NCBI GenBank assembly: GCA_030265395.1
Contig: JARFYF010000052.1
Location: forward strand, 123,742,484-123,804,334
Reading direction: 5' to 3'
Origin: Rhina ancylostomus
Lineage: Eukaryota
Length of the DNA stretch: 61,851 nt
Shown here: in pieces, positions 53,240 to 61,851 of the stretch
Numbering within the stretch: the first letter of the stretch is position 1
How the letters are laid out: each line of letters starts with the position of its first letter
Notes under the pieces: model-generated
Seen by the model: only the letters and a program-made list of their open reading frames with translations
What the model was told of the DNA's origin: nothing
Database searches by the model: none
Made by a program: the position numbers and the translations under genes

Positions 53240-53730
53240 TTCTTATTCATTCATTCACGGACAGAGTGCTGCCAGCAAGGCTCATTAAAAGNNNNNNNNN
53301 NNNNNNNNNNNNNNNNNNNNNNNNNNNNNNNNNNNNNNNNNNNNNNNNNNNNNNNNNNNNNNNNNNNNNNNNNNNNNNNNNNNNNNNNNNNNNNNNNNNN
53401 NNNNNNNNNNNNNNNNNNNNNNNNNNNNNNNNNNNNNNNNNNNNNNNNNNNNNNNNNNNNNNNNNNNNNNNNNNNNNNNNNNNNNNNNNNNNNNNNNNNN
53501 NNNNNNNNNNNNNNNNNNNNNNNNNNNNNNNNNNNNNNNNNNNNNNNNNNNNNNNNNNNNNNNNNNNNNNNNNNNNNNNNNNNNNNNNTTGTATTTAGCT
53601 TCCTGTATTATAGGAGCTGTATTCAGTCAAGCAACTGGAAAGTATACCATCATGTTCCTGACTTGTGCCTTGTGGGTGGCTTTGGGGAATTAGCAGGTGA
53701 GTCACTTTCTGCAGTTAACCTAGTTTCTGT
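53240..53730 (-). mobile_element. LINE 3' fragment (gapped), related to 12890-13780
   Basis: Tail ttcattcattcacgga...ccagcaagg; cctgacttgtgccttgt...ggctttgggga...ggtgagtcac. Confidence 0.5.
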
Positions 53731-54399
53731 TAAATATTTTTTTTGTGAAATGATAGTGAAACAATTCACTCCTTTAAATTAATCATTAATTCATTTAAAT
53801 TAATCAGATCAATATTGCCAGTAAATTAACAAAGTAATTTTGTTAATAAAATGACCCAGTTCTTTTACCTCACTGTTACATCAAACATGTACATCATTCC
53901 TTTACAAAATATCTGTAAAGGAATGTAGTTCAACTACAAAATGCAAATGTATTTTTGACCCTCCCAGAGTATACTATTTTTGACAAAGGACAAATGGAAT
54001 ATTTACAAGCAGATAATTACTTCTAGAAATCCCAGTCCTAAATCTGGAATTCTGTCAATGCCTTGTTTAAATATTTAAGGCATTCTCATCACAGAAGTAT
54101 AATTGAAATGTCATTTTAATTACAGTATGCATTGCCAACCATTGCCATTTAGATGAGTTATAATTAGCTGCTGAAAGCTTACCCAAAGCTGCTATCACTG
54201 GCTTCTTGTTATCTCCCTTTGTGGATGTTGCTTTTATTTTAGAGAGTGGATTTCTGTAAGTTTTGAAGAGTCCCTGCAGCTTCCATTTGCACTGCAAGAG
54301 CGAGAACTATGTGGCTGCAGTGACTGAATAACAGTTTACAAGCTAGGAGTTTGTAAAAGCTGTAAGAATGCCAGTGTAAAGCTTGCAGCAAAGTATGCA

Positions 54400-54752
54400 G
54401 AGTTGTAGGGTCATACAGTATAGAAATAGGCCTTTCAGCACTTAGCTATACTCATCCTATTTTAATCGCATTTTTTTNNNNNNNNNNNNNNNNNNNNNNN
54501 NNNNNNNNNNNNNNNNNNNNNNNNNNNNNNNNNNNNNNNNNNNNNNNNNNNNNNNNNNNNNNNNNNNNNNNNNNNNNNNNNNNNNNNNNNNNNNNNNNNN
54601 NNNNNNNNNNNNNNNNNNNNNNNNNNNNNNNNNNNNNNNNNNNNNNNNNNNNNNNNNNNNNCCTGCACAGACAGCACCGGGGGTCAGGACTGAGGCCAGG
54701 TGGCCGATGCTGTGAGGCAGCAGCACTATTAGCAGCACCAATGTGTCACCCT
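54400..54752 (-). mobile_element. V-SINE (gapped)
   Basis: cacagacagcaccgggggtcaggactga...ctgtgaggcagcagcacta. Confidence 0.75.
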
Positions 54753-56944
54753 AAGGAAGCGGTAAGAATGTATGAATGTTCATTTAACTCCAGATTGAAA
54801 GAGATTGTTAGTACATGAGTAACAAGTGTAGTGAGTAGAACAGTGCCTAAGGCTAGAGGTGCTGTTTGCAATTATACATTTCAATACACATTCACATTAT
54901 TGGCCACTCATGTCAAATTATTGAATTGACTATGGCATTTCAACTAGGTACTCAGGGTTTGACTCATAGCATTGGACTCCATGGCATGAACAGAACAATC
55001 TGCTTCCATCTCTTCTGCANNNNNNNNNNTTCTTTCACCAAGAGTCCATTGCAGCAACTGCAAACCTTGAAACCCATGCTATCCTTTGTGCTATTCTTGA
55101 ATAATTCCCAGATAGAATTTTCTCCCTAAACAACTGTCAGTTACTGTTCCAGCCACAGAAGTCACGTCCTTTTTAAGAGGTACGGAGTAGATCAAAGCAG
55201 AAGGAAAACGCTGAGGGTATTGGAAATCTGGAATAAAAACTGAAAATGCTTGAAGTACTTGGCAGATCAAGCAGCATCAATGGTCAGAGAAATAGTGATG
55301 ATGTTTCAAGTTAATGACCTATCACCTGAACTCAAGCTTTAAGTACCGTAGTTTAATGTAGTCTAGCTTTTACTGTAACTCATAAGTTATGGTAATTTCC
55401 CTCTGATGATCAGTGCAGCAAATCAACACCATAGTTAGTAGTGGCTGCACACAAAAATAATAATCAGATAAGTTAATATGAAATTGTGCCTTATGATCCC
55501 ATGCCCACTTTTGTGGCCTATCCAATTTAGCCTCCTTTGTCTAATAGTAACATGTATTCCATTTATTTTAGCAGCTCGTGCTCTTCAGGTGCTGCACTTA
55601 ATGTCTTGTGATTCATAGCCTTTCTATCCCTCTGCTTTTCCCTATTGACAACCCAATCAATGTGTGATTATATTTTGTTTTGTAAAATGTATCACCATGT
55701 AAATTTACTGTCATTGGATTCCATCTGCTATTTTTTGATCAGTCACGTTATTAATACACCTTTGCAGCTTTGTTTGAATTGCTTCAAAGGTATTTATTAT
55801 GCATTTTAATATCTAAATATAGTACGCAGTTTTATCAGCCCTATATCCAAAATATTTACATGGACAATGACAAAAGGAGAATTGAAAAGATTCCACTATC
55901 CATGTACATACGAAGTGGCCTTACTCCTCCATTTTCAACTTTGCTGCCTGACTTAACCTTCTCCAAGAGCCTCTTGTGTGGCACCTAGTCAAAGTTTTTC
56001 TAAGATACAACAAATTTGGACCATTTCCCTCTCGAGTTTTGCATCGCCTCCTACAAAGAATCAAATCAGGTTTATCAGACCTGATCTTCCAGAAATACCC
56101 GTTGATTTGCTTTCAAATTTTTTATTGCAGATGTTGAACAAACTTGCTAAAATTTCCTGGGTTAGCTCTACCTGACTTTTATAAAAAAGGGTGTAAGATT
56201 GTCTATTCTCCAATTCTATTGACACAGTGCGTCAATAATATATTTTCTTTGGCCCCATCTTATTTCTTTCCCCCATTTCTTGCAGGTGTCCCAGTTAAGT
56301 CCCTCTCAGGCTAAGGAAGTTAATCCTCCTTTGCATACTTACCCTCTCGCAGTTTACTTTTCAAAAAAATGAACATCTGTCAAATGTTTTGGACCAAATT
56401 AAATTAAATAGGTTTAAATATTCCCACTATAAATTTTATACATAGATTTCTGAGGGATTAATCATAACCATCCTGGGCTCAGAGCAGAAATGAACAACAG
56501 CTCGGGGTAGAATAACCCAGATGCATATGGAGAATAGGGAAATGCTATAAGTGATATTTGCCCCCTTTACATTACTTAAGCTCTAAGTGAAATTGTAAAC
56601 TCTGACAAGTTACTGATTGAGAACACCATTGGCTGTGATCTGACTAATTACGCCAATTAAGCCATAAACAAATTCTGGAGCTTGAATTTTTAATCACAAT
56701 TGTAATGTTATAATTTATTCAGCTTTGTTACTTTACAACAATTGTTTATGGATACAGAGTCATGCATAATTCTAATGTCAGTACATATTAGTTTCTCTGG
56801 ATGAGCTCCCACATATCCCAGTTGAGACACTTGAATGATCATTTTGAAGTTTGTTTCTTAAAAGAGCAAAATGATCTTAGTATTTGAATTACTGTAGTGC
56901 AAGGAGATATAAATGATGTTAAAAAACAATTTTCAGTCCTGTCA

Positions 56945-57110
56945 CATAATAGAAAACAAGAACACAAGAAAATGAGAGCAGGAGTTGGCTGCACCTGGCC
57001 TCTTAAGCCTGTCCCACTTCATGGCAGATCTGCCCCAGGTCTCTGCTCCTCTTTTGTGCCAGTTCCCCATAGCCCTAACTTCCCCAATCTTTCAATAATG
57101 TATCTACCTC
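56945..57110 (-). mobile_element. CR1 3' tail fragment
   Basis: aagaacacaagaaaatgagagcaggagttggc...aagcctgtccc. Confidence 0.6.
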
Positions 57111-57229
57111 TTTTTTTTGTAGCTTTCTTTCTATCAATTACTTTAGGAGAATATAATCACCTCATGCCACAAAGAAAAAAATATCTTGATCTCAAAGGAC
57201 AAGGGCAAATATTTTTCACTCAGAACAGT

Positions 57230-57550
57230 GATGACATGGTAATTTTTACACCCACATGAGAGAGCAAAAAGAGCCAAATTTTGAAGTTTCCTCTGAAACA
57301 TGGCACTGTCGGCAATGTACCATCGACTTGCCTGCCCTGTCAGACACCTCCTGCCCCAGCTGTGGAAAGTCTGCAGTTTCCTGATCAGCCCCCTCAGAAC
57401 CTAAAAAAACTGGAGTGGAAGCAAGTCATCCTCAATACCAAGGGAAAGCCTCAGAAGACAATCACTCCAAAATACTGTACCAGAATGTCAGTCCAGATTT
57501 GTACAAATTACTGGAGTGGGACCTTTTGACTCAGAAGTGACCTGCAGCTA
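57230..57550 (-). mobile_element. DeuSINE remnant
   Basis: tttttacacccacatgagagagc...ctgaaacatggcac...ctggagtggg...tgactcagaag. Confidence 0.5.
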
Positions 57551-58139
57551 AGTATATAAATAAAACTCAAGACGCCAACCTTACAATATGGATCTTAGAT
57601 CTGCTAACAACAAAGAAATCTATCGTTTCTGGTAACATTGGCTAGCATTTTGGATATGATCATATAAAACAATCTAAAGTGAGTTGTTCATTTTTCAGTA
57701 AAGGGCTATTAATAATTTATTTGGTATTGTTTTTCAATATGCAAGACCCAAAACCAAGCAAGGTTTCTATCAGCTAATTCTAAAAGTTAGTACTTAAAGT
57801 AACAAGTAGTGTGCCTCACTTCATAGTCTTTCCATATGCAGTAACCACTACAAAAATGGATTGATATAGATTTCTAATGCAAATTATTATAAAACTGAAA
57901 TCTTAACAAAAGTTTAATGTTCACAGATTATTACAGAATAGGCTAGCAATTTCTTCAAAATTTCCTCCTCTAGCTTCATAACTTCTCCAGAAATGTGGCT
58001 GAAAACTTATGACTGAAGGACTGTAGGGATAAGGCAGGCATTCACAGGCCTGAACATCTAATGTCAGCAGAAAGGGCATTATTGCAAACAATACTGAGGG
58101 GCAGGGTTATTCTGCACTTCAAATGACTAGCATTAATCA

Positions 58140-59265
58140 AGGATAGTCAGCATGGCTTTGTTAGGGGGAGATGGTGGTTTTGATATTGAGAATAGTCACA
58201 GACAACAGGATGATATTGACCAGTTGGTAAAATGGAATTTAATCTTGATAAGTGTTGAGGTGATGCATCTTGGGAGAATTAATAAGGTTAGGATGTGCAC
58301 AATAAATGGTAGGGCCTTGGGGAGTGTTAAGAAACAGAGGAACTTTTGTTTACAAGTCCCAGGATCCCTGAAGATGGCGGAACACACAGATAAGAAGAAG
58401 GTGAGGAAGGCATGAGATATATTTGTCATCATTAGCGGGGGCACTGAATATAAGAGCAGGGTGGTTATAACCCAACTTTATAAAACATTGGTTCAGCCAC
58501 ATTGGAATACTTTGTCCATTTCTGTTTGCCACAAAATAGGAATGACGTGATTGCACAGGAGAGGGTGTAGAGCAGATTTGCCAGGATGTTGCCTGGGATC
58601 GGGTGCTTCAGCTTTGAGGAGAGCTGGGATTGCTTTCCTTGGAGCTGGAGGAGGCTGAAGGGGGACCTGATAGAGTACACAGAATTATGATGGGCATAGG
58701 TGGGCTAGATAGTGGAAAGTTCACCATAAGGTTTACAATAATGTGTAAGAGTTTCACAACATTTAAGAAATATTCTGATAATCCAGCATCTGATTATTTG
58801 GAAATCCCGATGATCTGATCACTGGCTCACTCATTAGTCTGGAATGGGAGTCGGGGGCCCAGAGCACAAGTAGTTTGGATGGCCAGAGCTGCGGATCTAA
58901 AGTGCGGCCAAGGTCAAAGTGTGAACTGCAACCAGAGCCCGGTTAGGGGTCCAGAACACCAGGAGTCAGGAGCGTTGGTAGATGTACAAATGGGGGGGGG
59001 CCGGGATTGCTAGTCTGTTTCCTGGTCCCTTCGATCTCACAGGCTTCACTGGATATTAACATCCAATAGTCCAGAATATCTGCTAGTCTGGCACTGCAAA
59101 AGCCCTAAAAGTGTGATATTATCAGAGTTTGTACTGAGGAACACTTGAATTGTGGTGTCATTGAAGGTTGTCAACCAAGTGCTGGTAAATGGGATGTGTA
59201 TAGATGGGTACTTGATAGGCAGGAGGGACATGATGGCTGTTTCCGTGCTGTATGACTCCATGAAA
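58140..59265 (+). mobile_element. CR1 LINE 3' region, interrupted by a DNA-transposon MITE
   Basis: VEVMHLGRIN...INGRALGSV...; ccaggatgttgcctggg; tail gtttccgtgctgtatgactccatga. Confidence 0.85.
58771..59136. mobile_element. Tc1/mariner (Tigger/pogo-like) MITE nested in CR1
   Basis: Inverted termini TCTGATAAT (58774-58782) and ATTATCAGA (59118-59126), right end ...gagtttgtactg; CR1 sequence resumes on both sides. Confidence 0.55.
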
Positions 59266-60569
59266 TTCCCGTATTAGATTATTGTTTCTCTTTTTGGTGC
59301 AGGAGCAAAAAAAAATTAAAATGTTTGCAATTTCATGTTCATAGAAAAAGGAAGTGTGAAAGAAGGAAGAAGCAATGCCCCATCACATCCATTCCCACAA
59401 CACGAGTAAGCGTTATCATGCATTCACTTGGTTATTTGCTCTGATTTAACGAGACATGGAAAACTGTTTGAGCCCTGGCAGTCCAGGGTTGTGAATGAAG
59501 TATATTCACTGTGGAGGCCCTTGCCCTGTCAAGTGACCTTAATAACAATTCTGTGTGACAGCCCCATACTGTGCTAGAATTGCCAGCTCCTACCATCACA
59601 GGTCGGAAGGTAGGAAGGACGCATACTGCCTGGGGAGCCAGCAGCTTTCTGACCGACCTGTCAGCGGTGAAGTTGGTGATTCACCGTGCCACTGAGAGCG
59701 AGCAATCTCCTGACCACCTTGGCGGACGACCCCTGCTGGCAGCAATCCAGGCTCCGCTCAGACTTTGACGCAGCTGGATTGCTGAGTGTTTTGGGGTGTT
59801 TTTCACCCTCCAGAGAGTGACAATATAATTTTTTTAAAAAATCCAGATGTTGGAAGTCTGAAAGTAAAACACAGCATGTCAAACAGCATCTGTGAAAAGA
59901 GAAACAGGGTTAATGTCTGTGATCTGAAACATTAATTCTTTTTATCTTTCCGCAGATGCTGCCTGACCTTCTGCGTGTTTCCAGCATTCTCTGTTTTTAT
60001 TCCGGCAAGTGAGACCCTGGGAAGGAGCCTTTGCACTGTCTGGTTCCCTGGAGAGGGGAGAAGTGTAACAAGTTAATAATATTCCAAAACTGATTCGGTT
60101 TGATGACATTTCATCAAGACAATTGTGATGAGACATCAACCTGAAACCTGCTATCTCCACAGATGCAACCTACATTTTCAGATTTTTTTTTCATTTAAAA
60201 CCTTAACTTTTTTTAGAGTGCTCCAAATTTGCTGTGGCTATCCCATCAACCTTCACAAATTATTAGACTGTTCTTTGCAACTGTGAGATCAGCCCCTAAT
60301 AAGATGATGCAGCACTGGCTGAACAGTCCATGACAATTGCAGACTTCTTGAAGTGGTACTACATATTTCCAAAGTCTTGTATTGCGCTGGATTTTCATTG
60401 TTGTTGGCATTCCGGTTCAATAGGACTCCTTTCCGCAACCTTGCTAATCAATGCTCTTGTCATGTTAGGTTTCCTGAAAAGTGTTTTTTTTTAACTCCTT
60501 AGATACATATACAGCAAGGAAATGTTGGACTTACACTCATGGAGTTTGATCTTTAATTTTGTTTACAAC

Positions 60570-61282
60570 AGACTGACTTTTGAGCAGGCAATCTGGAACC
60601 TCTAAAGATAAAGGAAAAGAGTAGCAAGGACAAATGTGGCCCCCTTACAAGACAGAGATGGGAGAGTATATGAAGGGGAAGTAAGGGAATTTAAAAGGAA
60701 TTAAATAAATATTTTGTGTCTCTCTCCATTGAAGAAATATGGGAGAACTAAGGGTTCAGTGCAACTGAGTAAATAAAAGAAATTAGTATTAGATTTAAAA
60801 ATCTACTGGAGAAGATACAGGGAGTGCAGCAGACTCTTTACTAGGATGGCAGATCTATTACACCAGGTTAGACCAGCATTCTCTAGAGTTTAGAAAGATA
60901 AGATATGACCTAATTGAAGCATGCAGAATTCTTTGGGAGCTATACAGGGTATCTACGGGAAAGATATTTAATTCACCTAAGCAGTCCAGAACTTGGAGTC
61001 ACAAGTTAAGGGTTAAACCTTTTTAGGACTTAAAATAAGGAAAACTTCACTCAAAAGTGGTGAATCATTAGAATTATCTCCCGAAGAGAGCTGTGGAGGC
61101 TCTGGCATTTAACTGCATTCAAAACAGAGATCCCTAGATTCCTGTATATTAAAAGAATCAAGAGACATTAGGATCGGGCAAGATAATGGGGTTTGAGGTA
61201 AAAGATTAGGCATGATATTGAATGACAGTGAGGGCTCAAGGTGCTTGATTGGCCTCCTCCTGTACCTATTTCTTATGTCCTT
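60570..61282 (+). mobile_element. CR1 LINE fragments with 3' tail
   Basis: acaaatgtggcccctta..., ctctagagtttagaaagataaga, tail ggcctcctcctgtacctatttcttatg. Confidence 0.75.
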
Positions 61283-61554
61283 GTTGACATTCCAACAGTT
61301 ATGACAGTTCCTCCCTAGAATTGAAGCTAATTTTGTGATATAAATGGCTGTGTTATTACCACGGACTTCAGCATTTAGCCTGTTTAAAGTTGAAGCACGG
61401 GCTAAAATATTCCAGTTGTTCCATGATGAGTTCTTTGCAGATTGTTTGTGTGTTATTTGATGCTGTCATTTGTCTGAATAAAATTAAACTGTTGAAACTG
61501 AACTACATTTTTAAGACTAAATGGAGGCAAAATTGCATTTAGCTTTTTTGTTCA

Positions 61555-61851
61555 CAGAGCATAGAATATTACAGCACAGTACAGGCCCTTCAGCCCACAA
61601 TGTTGTGCCGACATTTTATCCTCCTCTAAGATCTATCTAACCCTTCCCTCCCACATAGCCCTCCATTTTTCAATCATTCGTGTGGCTATCTAAGAGTCTC
61701 TTAAATGTCCCTAAAGTATTTGTCTCCACCACCTCTGCCAGCAGTGTGTTGCACACACCCACCACTCTCTGTGTAAAAAAAACCTCTGACATCCCCACTA
61801 TACATTCCTTCAGTCACCTTAAAATTATGTCCCCTCGTGTCAGCCATTTTC
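61555..61851 (-). mobile_element. CR1 (HER1-like) 3' end, running off the window
   Basis: catagaatattacagcacagtacaggcccttcagcccac...accactctctgtgtaaaaaa. Confidence 0.85.

Noticed and set aside
59599-59608. 7SL/SRP RNA helix 8 (CAGGTCGGAA)
   Set aside because: Only a 10-nt match; the flanks do not resemble 7SL.

Overview
This is eukaryotic DNA: an AT-rich, gapped draft assembly. Its repeat content (CR1/HER1-type LINEs with short tandem tails, HE1-like V-SINEs, Deu-domain SINEs, Rex1/Babar, L2, Penelope-like) points to a cartilaginous fish (shark or ray). The only clear protein-coding gene is an intact, intronless 371-aa divergent actin-related protein of the Arp-T (ACTRT) type at 6363-7478 (+). 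Several of its actin catalytic-site residues are substituted. A CpG-island promoter lies at about 33.0-34.7 kb. It probably drives an unidentified minus-strand gene, which may host the Arp-T gene antisense in an intron, and possibly a divergent plus-strand transcript. The rest is intronic or intergenic DNA dense in decayed retroelements. Less obvious items are a 3'-truncated U1 snRNA-derived sequence (39167-39230, -), an apparently ORF1-less LINE with a tRNA-SINE-like head, an L1-type insertion with a 15-bp target-site duplication, and a CpG-retaining triple-hairpin segment near 59.6-59.8 kb. I found no convincing evidence for a wholly new multi-gene system. Repeat boundaries are approximate, and family names come from motif recognition, not database searches.
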